Assembly (NCBI RefSeq): GCF_001194135.2
Contig: NC_068995.1
Span: 29,336,753 to 29,400,752 of the forward strand
DNA length: 64,000 bases
Reading direction: 5' to 3'
From: Octopus bimaculoides
Taxonomy: Eukaryota
A program made the position numbers and the translations under genes. Positions 36,941-48,910 of the stretch are shown piece after piece. The notes beneath the pieces were generated by a model. That model saw nothing but the letters and a program-made list of their open reading frames with translations, did no database searches and was not told the origin of the DNA. The stretch's first letter is position 1; each line of letters opens with the position of its first letter.

Positions 36941-39060
36941 AGGAAACAATCTGGGAAATGTCCAGTTACAGAGGTTCTGTTACCCTACTCAAACTGCTCG
37001 GCATTATGTTAGCAGTAGTAGCTGCCATTCTCCAACTGGTGTAAACAATTCTCCAGGCGTTGGTGTAAGCAACCCTCCAACTGTTGGTGTAGGTAACTCA
37101 CCAACTGTTGGTTAATGTGACGGGTCGGTAGCAGTAACAACAACTCTCCAACTGGTGGTGGTGGTGGTGGTGGTGGTGGTGGTGGCGGCGCATATTATGG
37201 TGTTCATTGCAGCCGCAGTGATGTTTTCATAGGAGCTGACTTCGATCGACTGTTAATTTTCTTTTTAGTGGTGTTGCTACATCTGGTCAGGTGCTAACGG
37301 AAGGAAGACGCGTTGGAGTAAAACGTGGAGTGGTCGTAATGCGTTACTGATGTAGTAGTTGTTGCATTTGGAGCATCGTATTTGGTATACTACGCACGTA
37401 CGTAGGCATGTGTTAGTGTTGCGAATGGGACAGTTCGTTAGTCTGCAGGGTCGTTGTTTTTGCACGTACCCACCTCGTTGTTAAGTGTTACGTAGGGACG
37501 GTCCTGAATGGGCCAGTAGAACATTGTGCCCTTCCCTCCGGATAGCCTTGTAAATGGTAGAAGTGGTCTTCTCTTTGAAGTGGGGAATCTTCAAGAAACA
37601 GGTCTTAGAAAGATCCCTCTTGCGATGTTTAACTGGCCTGCTTTCGCGTACAGAGTTAGTAATGGACATTCAATATCTGTTGGCTTCAAGTACCTTTAGG
37701 AACTGAGTAATATGTGCGTCCTGCTTGGTGATGTCACTGCATCTTTTGTGTAACCGGGCGATCTCATAAAGTACGTAGATCATTTTAGCCAATTTTCTGT
37801 AGAACATTGTGTTAATTTTTCCCTCGTTCGTGATGTTTAGCCGAGAGTCAAGCAAGAGAAGAAGAATCATCGCTGTTTGGATGTTGGATGATGAAGCTAA
37901 TATGTTGTTCCAGCTTGTTGAAATTCTCTAGTATAGTAGAGGTGTCCTCTTGGGATGGAGTGAGCATGAGGATGTCGTCCACATACATGGAAGGAAAAGC
38001 GTATGAGTGGCGGGTACTGAGTGCCCTATGCTATAGTCGGTCTAAGTAAGCAATAGCGAGCAGGCCTGAGAGGCTGGATCCTATAAGCAGGCTTGAACAC
38101 TATTTATACGTGTTGCCAAACAAGCTGAAATGAGTGGTGATAACTATAACTAATAGTAACTGGTGAATGCCGAAACAGTGTAAGTTCGAGAAAGCGACAC
38201 ATTCCGAGATTAGGTCGACTGCAGGAGGGGCAGGAACCGAGGAGTATAGGGAGACCATGTCTAAAATGAAAGAACATTTGTTGCATCTGAATATGTCGGG
38301 TTCGACCCGGAAAAATCGACAGTAGGGTTTATAGGATCCTGGATAGGAGCCACGGGATTTTGTAAAATGATCCCTCTATGCAGAATACTATGGGTCAGAT
38401 GTGGAGGTCAGGTCCCTGTTTATGCGTCTTGATGAGATGGTAAAATGTAGGCACTCTACTGTTGCACGTGGTGAAGTTCCTTTTTATCTTAGCAGGGAGT
38501 TTACACCGGTTACAGACGTTGATCAGGTCTTCCAGTATGGTTGCAATGACTTCAATGGTTTTAACTGTTGTTGTTAAGGTGCTGGAATGCTAAATTGTCA
38601 TATGTGTGCTGTGTAATGACACAAAATTCTCTGCTTTGTCGGAGGGGAGGTAGACCATGTTCTTCGGCCTAAGTTTTTTTAATATAGAGTATTGTTGATC
38701 GGAATTGAGCCGGTGGCTCCTATGAAAACATTACGGCGACTGCAACGGACACCATAATATGCACCACCACCACCTTCGCCACGTGATTATACGTCGTAGC
38801 AACCAATAGTTGGAGAGTCGCCTACACCAACAGTTGGAAAGTTTGCTGCTACTGTTGCTAGCCCATTACATCAACCAACAGTTGGTGAGTTACCTACACC
38901 AACAATTGAAGGATTGCTTACACCAACGCGGAGTGATTGCTACTACTACTACTAACATAATGCCGAGTAGTTTGAGTCGGGTAACAGAACCTGTGTAACT
39001 AGACATTTCCCAGAGTGCTTCCTTCTGAGGATGGGCTTTTACGCCTGAAATATAAAGATT
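36941..39060 (-). mobile_element. Penelope-like element 3 with inverted ~300-bp terminal repeats
   Basis: LPSDKAENFV, YVDDILML (37985-37974), LLDSRLNITNEGKINTMFYRK, CRLTNCPIRNTNTCLRTCVVYQIRCSKCNNYYIS. Arms 36941-37236 and 38716-39023 are reverse complements. Confidence 0.9.
39021..39057 (+). ncRNA. Minimal hammerhead-like motif at the outer end of the PLE-3 inverted repeat
   Basis: CCTT-CTGAGGA-T-GGGC-TTTTAC-GCCT-GAAA-TAT-A-AAG: core and stem II present; stem III is only a 4-nt palindrome (ATAT) and stem I is 3 bp. Confidence 0.4.
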
Positions 39061-39553
39061 TTGTAAAACTTTCCACATTGTCAGAAGCTTTCTTATTTTC
39101 CCTTTTCTTTCTCTTGTTCGGTACTACAATGCTTCAAGCGAACTACAACGCTCTTGTACACACACACACACACACACATATGTATATATATATATATATA
39201 NNNNNNNNNNNNNNNNNNNNNNNNNNNNNNNNNNNNNNNNNNNNNNNNNNNNNNNNNNNNNNNNNNNNNNNNNNNNNNNNNNNNNNNNNNNNNNNNNNNN
39301 NNNNNNNNNNNNNNNNNNNNNNNNNNNNNNNNNNNNNATATATATATATATATATATATATACTCAAATATGAAATAGAATGAGCACTAGTGTAGTAAAC
39401 ATTATCAACCACACATACTTAACGTAGAAAGAGCCTGTGTTTGCCTGTGGGTTGCGATTAGCGTGGTGAAGATTATTCTCTCAAAGCGCCGGGTGTTAAA
39501 ACACCTGAAAGTCATGGACAGGTGAGACAACTCACTCAAAATTCCATTCAGGA

Positions 39554-39600
39554 ATGATGGTTAGCGATGTTTTGCCATTATTGTGGTTTATGAACATCGA
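39554..39600 (-). ncRNA. Heavily decayed hammerhead-derived motif in the left arm of P1
   Basis: TCGATG-TTCATAA-ACCA-CAATAA-TGGC-AAAAC-ATCGCT-AAC-CATCAT; recognisable only by alignment to the right-arm motif. Confidence 0.35.
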
Positions 39601-39896
39601 TACCCGAACCAAATTTGAGACGAATCGTACAGATTTTGGGTGAGTTTTCTCGCTTGCCCATGACTTTCAAGTGTCTTAATACCTAGCGATTTGAAAGAGT
39701 AATCTCCAACATGCCAGTTCGCAGCCTACTGGCAAACACGCTTTTCTTGTATGTCAAGTATGTGTGGTCAATGATGTTATTACTCTAGCGCTGCTTCTAT
39801 TTCATATTTCGGGGCATACCAACATATAATTCTTACACTATATGCATATAAGTCATGGACTGGCGTTACGATTCACCCTCGATTCGGTTCGGAGAC

Positions 39897-39943
39897 GTGA
39901 TGTTGATAAGCCACAAAAATGGTGAAACATCGATGTCCATCAC
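39897..39943 (+). ncRNA. Hammerhead-derived motif in the right arm of P1
   Basis: GTGATG-TTGATAA-GCCA-CAAAAA-TGGT-GAAAC-ATCGAT-GTC-CATCAC: 6-bp stem I, 4-bp stem II, perfect palindrome ACATCGATGT, GUC; core has C3U and G8A. Confidence 0.6.
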
Positions 39944-40118
39944 TCCTGAATGAGATTTTGAATGAGTTGTCTCGCCTGTCCATGAGTTGCAGATGTTTTA
40001 ACACCAGGCATTTTGAGAAAGTAATCTCCACCACACCAAATCACAGCCTACCAGCAAACACAAAAGTCGTGTGCGTTATGTCAGTGTGATCGATAAAGTT
40101 TACACACACACACACACA

Positions 40119-40150
<32 letters not shown>

Positions 40151-40214
40151 TATCTCTAGTTTCAGTTAGAACGCTTCGACCAGGCTGGAGTATCATCGTT
40201 TGCTTTGCTACACT

Positions 40215-40560
40215 TTCACTAAACCTCATTTGAATGGTAGTTGGTGAATGAGGGAGTTCGATGCTGCTGCCCTCATCTGTGTTTCCTGCGCGAAGTAGGT
40301 TCCTCCAGAACTCTTGACAGAGGGAGATCTAGTTTGGTTTTAAAGAAGCCTACATCCATCCCATCTGGGACTCTCGGATTTTGTCAGAGAATATTAAAGA
40401 GCTGTAGGCACTTGAATCCCAAGCTGTTGCAGTATCTGGTCTGATCCTGTATCCTGATGACAATGTTGGTATTTTTGGTACTATGCAATGGCGCCCCGTT
40501 CTGCTGTTTGTGTAACTGAAAATGCCAAAGTTTGGTTCAAGTTCTTGTAAGATTTTCTAG
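40215..40560 (-). mobile_element. CR1-clade LINE 3' end
   Basis: KILQELEPNFGIFSYTNSRTGRHCIVPKIP...FFKTKLD...MRAAASNSLIHQ, typical of the CR1 ORF2 C-terminus. Confidence 0.7.
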
Positions 40561-41289
40561 ATGTATGTATATTATTACGTATCTTTCCTGCCTATATACA
40601 TACATATATATATATGTATATATGTATGTGTGTGTGTATATANNNNNNNNNNNNNNNNNNNNNNNNNNNNNNNNNNNNNNNNNNNNNNNNNNNNNNNNNN
40701 NNNNNNNNNNNNNNNNNNNNNNNNNNNNNNNNNNNNNNNNNNNNNNNNNNNNNNNNNNNNNNNNNNNNNNNNNNNNNNNNNNNNNNNNNNNNNNNNNNNN
40801 NNNNCACACACACACATACATATATATATATGATTCTTTAAAAAGAATAGTATTGACAACGATTTCGAAGTTTCGTCCTCCTAAACCATCATCGGACAGT
40901 AGGCCGTTTCCAGAAAGATGTTCTTACGATGTTTCCTCAAAATATAAAGATATTATAGCTTCTTGTCAACGCCCCAGATCACTATAATACCGAGAAGTTG
41001 TTTAATAGAGATGACAGGTTTAAATCTTCTTGTTTACCGCCCAACATGTCTGCAATTACTCAGCTAATGAACTCAGGGATAATTGTTGCCTGGTAAATGC
41101 TGCATAATAATATATTGGGATAAATCATGATTATGCTGGAAGATGAAGAACAGTAGAAGAGATATGAGAGAAAGGCACCTCGGAATCTACGATACTATAG
41201 AGCCAAGTCTACACTTTTTGATCTTGCCGATGTTCGGAAGGATTTAAAGAGTAAATGTTGAGAAAAGTTATTCAACACTATTTAATTTA

Positions 41290-41650
41290 ATTTTGATTTT
41301 GGAGGATTTGAAGCAAATGACTTTCAGCGACTTTTTGAAAATGCTGGCGGATGGGAAGCAACTGAAGATGTCGTTAATGAATGGTTTCAAACTGATGAAG
41401 GTAATCTGTTCTGGTTATCAAGTCCTTAATATTGAAGAAACTGTAGGTAAGGGTCTACATAAGCAAGCGAAGGAAAAAAGAAAACATCGTGGAAGAGGAA
41501 GTTAACCAACAAGGCCAATGCTGTCTGAAATAAGGAACCTCTTGGATATTGCCTTCCAGTATGTAGGGACATTTTCTGACCAAAGAGATTGTCTTTTACT
41601 ATGAATATTTACGTCATTTCATGGAGTTCATAATTAAGAATCATCAGAGT
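41290..41650 (+). mobile_element. Possible pogo/Tigger transposase C-terminal remnant
   Basis: DFGGFEANDFQRLFENAGGWEATEDVVNEWFQTDEG resembles the acidic C-terminus of Tigger-like transposases; no catalytic motif seen. Confidence 0.35.
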
Positions 41651-41905
41651 GACAAAAAACTGAAACTAGACGTTTTGTAAAGTTATTGTACCTCTGTTTC
41701 TGCGCGCGAGCGTGTGCATGCGTGTCGAGAGTGGATGGCAAAGAAATGACTGAGAGAAAGAAAACTTAAGACCAGTTCAAATATGTTTGAAGGATATATC
41801 AACCTGAAAAGATTTTTTATTACAGCTTGTCACGGAGAAAAATTCTCTCTTCAAATAAAAAGTGTTAAGACACAATAGTCAGCTCAGAGTGCTCTCTATT
41901 GGATA

Positions 41906-41944
41906 GATGGATGCATTTCGTGCTCGGTCGTTCTCTTCAGCACC
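41906..41944 (-). ncRNA. Minimal type I hammerhead motif, left arm of P2
   Basis: GGTG-CTGAAGA-GAAC-GACCGA-GCAC-GAA-ATGCAT-C-CATC: core, stem I and palindromic stem III intact; stem II has two mismatches. Confidence 0.6.
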
Positions 41945-42141
41945 AGATATTAAGAGCGGTAATTCTCAACTGACTAAGAAGAAAATCTTTCTTTATCGAA
42001 AATCAGTCAATATTAATTACCAATAGCATACATTGGCTGCCAGGCCAGAACATAATCGTGTATAAGTAAATGATATTGACTGATTTCTGATAAAAGAAAC
42101 CGAGTTTTCTAATCAGTTCAGAGTTATTTGTCTTGGCATCC

Positions 42142-42180
42142 GGTACTAAAGAGAACTAATGAGTTCGAAATGCATTCATC
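42142..42180 (+). ncRNA. Minimal type I hammerhead motif, right arm of P2
   Basis: GGTA-CTAAAGA-GAAC-TAATGA-GTTC-GAA-ATGCAT-T-CATC: perfect stem II and III, G5A in the core; AATAAA 5 nt downstream. Confidence 0.6.
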
Positions 42181-42714
42181 TGTCCAATAAAGCGTGCTCT
42201 GAGTTGACTATAGTATTTTATCGCATTTTTGTCTTAAGTGAAAATTTTTCTCTTCAACATATTACAGAGAAAATCCTTTGCAGGTTCAAATATTACTAAA
42301 AACATATTTGAACTGGCATTAAGTTAAGTTTACACACACACAGGGGCATATATGTATATATATATATATATAGTGTAGTATATTGCCACTTAAGTGTGGC
42401 TGACCCCTAGGGGTGGATGTTACTGTTGCTTTTAGCCCCAGGAGGTCCTCCTGGGGCTAAAAGCAACAGTAACATCCACCCCNNNNNNNNNNNNNNNNNN
42501 NNNNNNNNNNNNNNNNNNNNNNNNNNNNNNNNNNNNNNNNNNNNNNNNNNNNNNNNNNNNNNNNNNNNNNNNNNNNNNNNNNNNNNNNNNNNNNNNNNNN
42601 NNNNNNNNNNNNNNNNNNNNNNNNNNNNNNNNNNNNNNNNNNNNNNNNNTATATACACGCATAAACATACAGAAATATACATACACACATGCTATTATAA
42701 TAATGGAGATTCAT

Positions 42715-42850
42715 ATTCCGCCGAGGTCAACTTTGCCTTTCATCCTTTGGGAGTCGATAAATTAAGTACCAGTCAAGCACTGAGGTTGATGTGATCGACT
42801 ATACCCCTTCCCTCAAATTCCAGGCCTGTGCCTATAGTAGAAAGGATTCT
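42715..42850 (+). mobile_element. SINE family A, 3' part
   Basis: ttccgccgaggtcaactttgcctttcatcctttgggagtcgataaattaagtaccagt...caggcctgtgcctatagtagaaaggatt. Confidence 0.9.
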
Positions 42851-44028
42851 AATAATGGAGAGAAAATCCTTTGCTTTAATGATTAATTATTATATTTCTA
42901 ATTATGTCTTCCTCGCTTTACTTTGTGTTCTTCATGCAGAAGGGATCACTGGGAATCTTCTTCAGGCATTATTTCATTTTGTCAAATCATTAAAGATTTT
43001 CACACAAAATCATTATCGTTCTTTCGAGTCGTCCAAAATCAGATAAGCAAGAGTAATACTACGCTTTGCTGAGGTGGATTATAACACGGAAATATGCCTG
43101 TAATTGTTACCGTACTTGCCAGACATCAGACTCACTGTTAACTGCATTCCCCGTTCATTACTTTAAATTAAATTGCATTTCGGAAATGTACATTTTAACA
43201 TGACTTAATAATTAAAACTAATAAACATTCGCTTCACTTCGGGTGTAATCTTATTTAATTAAAATATTTTGGTGCTCACATAATTAAGTGCGTTAGTTCC
43301 CACTTAACTATACTGCTTATGTCTTATCCCAGTTATATTAGCTACCTAGTTGCTAATTTATAACACACACGCAAACATACACACAAACACACACACACAC
43401 ACACATGCTCGCATGCGCACGTGTGTGAGTCTATAATATGCTCGTCGGTGTGCATCATATAAGTTTAAGTCTGATAATCTATGCTTAACGCTGCATCTCG
43501 CAGTGCTGCATAATCTTATATTCTTTCCATGTAGACAATAATAAAGTATACGCGCCTTATATAGATGAACACCCATCCCATGCCACTTTATGATTTCCAC
43601 CTGCGTTTTCTGTTTCCCTGCGTTCAATAATTAACATTTAATCTAAATATATAATTATATGGGTAATTTGAATTTTCAAGAGAAACCTCGTCTCTTCGTA
43701 GGAATTCAATTAAAGAAACGATTGCGCACGTTCCCCACTGTTTTATTAGAGACCTCATGTCGACGTTAGCTCCTATTTTAAAGCAATATGGTGATTTGAA
43801 AATATACATAATGGTGAATGGTAAAATCGGTAGAGTAGCAGGTACAAGCATCTTGTAATATTTGGTTACGTTCCTTCACGTTCTGAGCTGAAATCCCGTC
43901 TAAACGATCCTTCAGAGTTTAATTAAGTAAGTCTCAAGTTGGATATAATCGGCTACATACTTATAAGATGGGTTCCGAAGCCAGTAAAAGAATAAATACT
44001 TGTATTAGAAAGGAAAATATTGATTTCG

Positions 44029-44081
<53 letters not shown>

Positions 44082-44360
44082 TAATTATGATAATAATATT
44101 AGGGATATGTAAACCAATATTTGCCCTAGAAGCGCTGAAATGTGTATTGTGAGATACAAATAAGACAATAATATATTTTCAAACGCACATAGAACAGCAG
44201 AGACAAGATAAAATATCCATACAAAGCGGGGAAATATGTCAGCAACTGGCCATGAGACACGAACTCACATTCCTTTGATTACTGGTTAAGTGCTTTATCA
44301 ACTTAAGCTAAACTGCCCACTGACAGTTTAGCTCGTAACAGAGCTTTTTTATATCCCTAG

Positions 44361-45088
44361 CAGTGGCGGCTCGTGTATAGGAACTGTGGAACTGCAGCAC
44401 CCCCTATTTCCACTCGATATTATCGATAACATTCAATATAATGAGTCCTTCTTTTCTTTAATTTTTTCTTTATACTTGTACATTATATAATCGTTAAGCT
44501 TAATGTCAGTAGCCATTCCCTAGTTTATGAAAAATATGCAAATATCCTTGTATAGAACTGTGCACTTCACAGTTCCAGCGACGCAGTGTTTGTCTGAGAT
44601 AGAAAGCTTCACACTAGGAAGAGAGAGTACTGCGTGAACGATAGTGCCGGGTGAAAGATAGTGTTTCTTTTTGACTCCATGTGTGTTGTGCTTAAAAACG
44701 TGTTTATATTCTTGAATGTGATGACGTGTAGAATTAGATTATTATCCTTCTTCCAGCTACAGTGTTGCTGCCAGGATTTGAAAAATAGGGCACATGCCCC
44801 ACCGCCGCCGCCGCCACCACCACCACCACCATCACCACCACCACCCCATTTTGTGATTTAGGGAGGATTTTTGAAAAACAAGGGGAAATTCGCAGGGATG
44901 TTCAGTGAGCAAATTAAACACACTACTCGGCAGTGGTTAAAACTCGAACCGATTAAGTTTATGTNNNNNNNNNNNNNNNNNNNNNNNNNNNNNNNTATAT
45001 ATTTGTTTCCTTTTACATAATATTAAAACAACGGCTAAAACTCTTCTGAAGCAGCACCCCCACTTATTTTATCTACGAGCCGTCACTG
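44361..45088. mobile_element. hAT-type MITE (spans an N gap)
   Basis: TIR cagtggcggctcgt / acgagccgtcactg; 8-bp flanks atccctag / gtccctac (6 of 8 identical). Confidence 0.75.
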
Positions 45089-45177
45089 GTCCCTACTTTA
45101 ACTCTTTTCACATATTTTCATTTTTCAGACAGAGTAGCATTTCTCACTTTTGTATATAGGTGTTAAACTCGATACAA

Positions 45178-45375
45178 AAGTGACGAGCTGGCAGAAACGT
45201 TAGCACGCCGGACAAAATGCTTAGCGGCATATCACTCGTCTTCACGTTCTTCTGCCGAGGTCGACTTTGCATTTCGTGATCGATAAAATAAGAACTAGCT
45301 GTTCACTGGGGTCGATGTGATCAACTTACCCGCTTCCCCGAAATTGTTGCCCTTCCGCCAAAGTTTGAAATCAAT
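45178..45375 (+). mobile_element. SINE family A, near full length
   Basis: gtgacgagctggcagaaacgttagcacgccggacaaaatgcttagcggc...gtcgatgtgatcaact...ccaaagtttgaaatc. Confidence 0.85.
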
Positions 45376-45979
45376 TTATCTCGATACATATACAATGTTT
45401 ATTCTCTTTGAGATCCTTATTTTATCCTTACTCCAAAATGTTTCTTTGTTACTTTTCCTTATCACCTAACCAATTAAATATCTTTATCTATTATATTTAG
45501 TTATTTATATATTTTGTCACCTTTTGTTCCATTCCCTTCCATTTAATAGTCCAATTTAATTAATGCACTCATTTCATTCACAAGTATTTTATTGCCTCTT
45601 TTAATAAATTGTTTGACACCGTTTACAGAATACTCATTTCATTTATTAACCTAGTTTCATTATTTCATTCATCTCTTCCGTTTTTCCATCCACAGGTACT
45701 TCATCAACCCTTTGACTTCTCAGACTGAAATCCTATAACATAATCTAACAAACATTTAGCTAGTTCATTTAGTACAAATAATTTCGATATAAATTCGTTC
45801 AGTCTTCCATATTCTATTGGTATATCTTAAGACTCTCCTATTTAATATTAGTTACGGTTTCTTTTAATTGTCACCTCATGAACATAAAAGCATTAACGGT
45901 AGTAACGCTGACATTAATACAGCACACATTACTGTTAATATACAACATTAGTATCAAATACATTTAGTATGATTCATAT

Positions 45980-46143
45980 CCGTAGCGCAACTAGGGGTAG
46001 TGAGAAGGGTGATTACCTAGGGTGACACTTTTGAGGGAGTTGCACTTTTGGATCTTCTGTATAAGCCTGTATAGGTTTGAGATGTTGGAGGCGGGGGGCC
46101 TCAAGGGTTGCCTCGGACGGCACACACACTAACTATGCCGCTG
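45980..46143. mobile_element. Short hAT-type MITE
   Basis: Decayed TIR ccgtagcgcaactag / ctaactatgccgctg; 8-bp flanks attcatat / gttcatat (7 of 8 identical). Confidence 0.65.
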
Positions 46144-47699
46144 GTTCATATACATATTCAGTATATTTTCAACCATATTTAATTTGATCAACATTTTCTA
46201 ATTACTAAATCAGTTTAAACAATAATTTTCTCTCTTAACTCTATTCTGGTACTGACTTCTGTCTTTACTTTGCGGACTGCTTTCCACTGCCCTATATATT
46301 TCTAAGAACAAATACAACTTTAAAATACCCATCTACTTTGTTTTTGCTATCGTTAATAGGTGATGACGATGGTGGTTGGGTGGATCAGGCGTCAAATACT
46401 AAGCCAATGGGCCAGTGGTTCATATTCTGTGACATTTGCAATCATTTATCGTAACTTTCAACGCCGAATATATCATTCTCTGAGCAGTTTAACTATCCAG
46501 GGTGCACCTCTCTTTTTCAAAACAATAGAATGTAATTTGTGAGAGATTTAACTGCTATTTCTAATGATTCAAACGACTGGGGTTCTTTCTGTCGGAAGGT
46601 GTAGAAGAGTAAAACTGTCGGGTGCTTTTGTTACCTTTAGAGGGCTGAATTTAAGTCGACATGAAACAGATAGGAAACCGGTGAAACCTATTCCTTTCTT
46701 GAACCCCTGCAAAGAAAACAGGTTTTCTGTGGGGCCTCAACGACCCATGTAATAATGCAATTATATATCTATATTAAATGTTATTTTGTAAACGTAGGCT
46801 AACAGGAAGTGAGATGGGCGAGTAGGTGGGAACCATTAAACGCTGGGGGTGCTCGCTAGTATGAGAGGTGTATAGCGAGACAGTCATCTCTGCATGGGAA
46901 TAAGAACATAAGGTTATGCAGTACAAGTGAAGAGAGCAACAGTGTTTAATACAGAACTAATCTCAGGCTTAAATTATCAAATACGCATCCATGATACATA
47001 CACATGCATGTGTGTGTGTGTGTGTGACTTTATGTGTGTGTATGTGTGTGTGTATGTATGCGTATGTGTGTGTATGTGTGTGTGTAGCCTGTATACTTAT
47101 AATGAAGCATATCATGATTTTCAACCCACCAGCTAATTTCACTTCCAGTACTGTTTCAATATAATAATTAAGTTTCATTACTTTTTATTTACCCTTTGGT
47201 TTCTACATTAATGCAGTTTAGTTTTATAAAAGACGGCAGTTGGCAGCTGCAGCTGAGCATATTACAGTAATTACTCTCGGCACTGGTGTCTTCTGTGTTC
47301 AAATCGTGCCAGATTCTTTTTAACCCATAAAATTCTCCGAAATAAAAAAAAATAAAGCGTACACGTCACATTTATTAGAGATTCAATAATTTTAAGAAGT
47401 TGGTGAAAATGCACTTGCTGCCCTGAACATTAATAACACATATGGCTGTGTATGGCACGCGAAGTTTTGAGCAAAATTGACTGCCTATGTTCTCCATTTG
47501 GCCCTTTTCGCTTGACACGTTTTTCTTGTTTTTTTTGTTTTTTTTTGTCGGATTGTACCATGAGATCTGTATTTGTGGAGCTCTCTCAGACCTACACTGT
47601 CATTTCTGATGCCCCTGAGGTTTGATTTAACCTCTCACGCACTTAATCCTACACTGACTCCATGAGAACATTGACTTCGAAAGCATCCACCAATAGAAT

Positions 47700-48050
47700 A
47701 ATATCTCAATCAGTTCTCCTTTAACAGAACAAAAATACAAACATTATCGTACCTCAACCCACATGAGAACACATTACTAAATCCTTCCAGGTTTCTGTAA
47801 ATGCTAGGATCTCTCCTGGCCAACGCATATTCTCAACTTAGCAGATACTGCATCATGAAGACTAACTTTTCGTCAGGAACAGAAAATACTTTACAACGAC
47901 AAGTAATAAACCTTTATAAAGCTCAGAGTAGACGCATGACGGAGTCCTGCTTCTCTGTTTTAGACAGTACCTCTGCTACAGAAATAGACATTCCAAATTA
48001 AATCACTCAAGTGATTGGCATGAAGACACCAATATATTCCAAATTCTGGC
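47700..48050 (+). mobile_element. Decayed CR1/Jockey-group LINE ORF2 fragment
   Basis: EHITKS...QVINLYKAQSRRMTESCFSVLD resembles the LYKAQxRPxMEYC post-RT motif; many stops. Confidence 0.4.
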
Positions 48051-48135
48051 CGTGATGCCTCCTTTCGCTCTCTTTCTATGTCCCTCTCTCTCTCTTCTTC
48101 TCCCTTTCCCCTTCTTTCTCTCATTATCTAACTGT

Positions 48136-48200
<65 letters not shown>

Positions 48201-48794
48201 ATTTATAACGCTACAGTACCCTCTGCTCCTCCGATGTGGCTGGTCTACTGCTATTTCTTTTCAAGCATTCCAAACCCATTCGTCTCTTCTCTCGTCCTAT
48301 TTGTTGTGTCCAGTCTCCACTCCAGACCCTAAATTAACTCCCGCGACCAGTCTCCCCTGAATACCAGTTCTCTGGAATTCTCACCCTGCCCACGTGTTTT
48401 TGAATCTTTTAACGATTCACCATAAGCATAAATAAATACAATAGCCATGTTGTTCTCGCCAGATTGCGAGGGCTATTAGTACAGTCCCTTCCTCTGCACA
48501 AAACCAATAAAAAAAATTATATCACAAATATTGAACCTACACGTAATCTAATGAAATCCTTTATATTTGCCTTAAAATTTGTGAATTGGCAACATCGATT
48601 GAGCAGTAGACAAAATATTATACAATATTTACTTACGCCTCTTTACGGTTCTGATTTCAAAACTAAGCTATGGACAACTTTGTCTTTTATCTGTCTGGGA
48701 TTGAGATAATATGTGCAAATATGAGATGTCAAATATTTACTTTTCTCACTCTGTAACCTTACTTCCTCAATAGTTGTTTTCCTTTTATTAACTG

Positions 48795-48910
<116 letters not shown>

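Larger units (their letters stand above)
39460..40037. mobile_element. Palindromic element P1 (~180-bp diverged inverted arms carrying hammerhead-derived motifs)
   Basis: agcgtggtgaagattattctctcaaagcgccgggtgttaaaacacctgaaagtcatggacaggtgagacaactcactcaaaat versus the reverse complement at 39955-40037. Confidence 0.85.
41770..42318. mobile_element. Palindromic element P2 (~240-bp inverted arms, TTAA at both flanks, a hammerhead motif in each arm)
   Basis: TTAA|gaccagttcaaatatgttt ... aaacatatttgaactggca|TTAA; the arms align inward to about 42010 and 42065. Confidence 0.85.

Noticed and set aside
36990-37115. 24-bp repeated palindromic units as a CRISPR-like array
   Set aside because: No unique spacers; they are tandem subrepeats of a PLE terminal repeat in a eukaryotic context.
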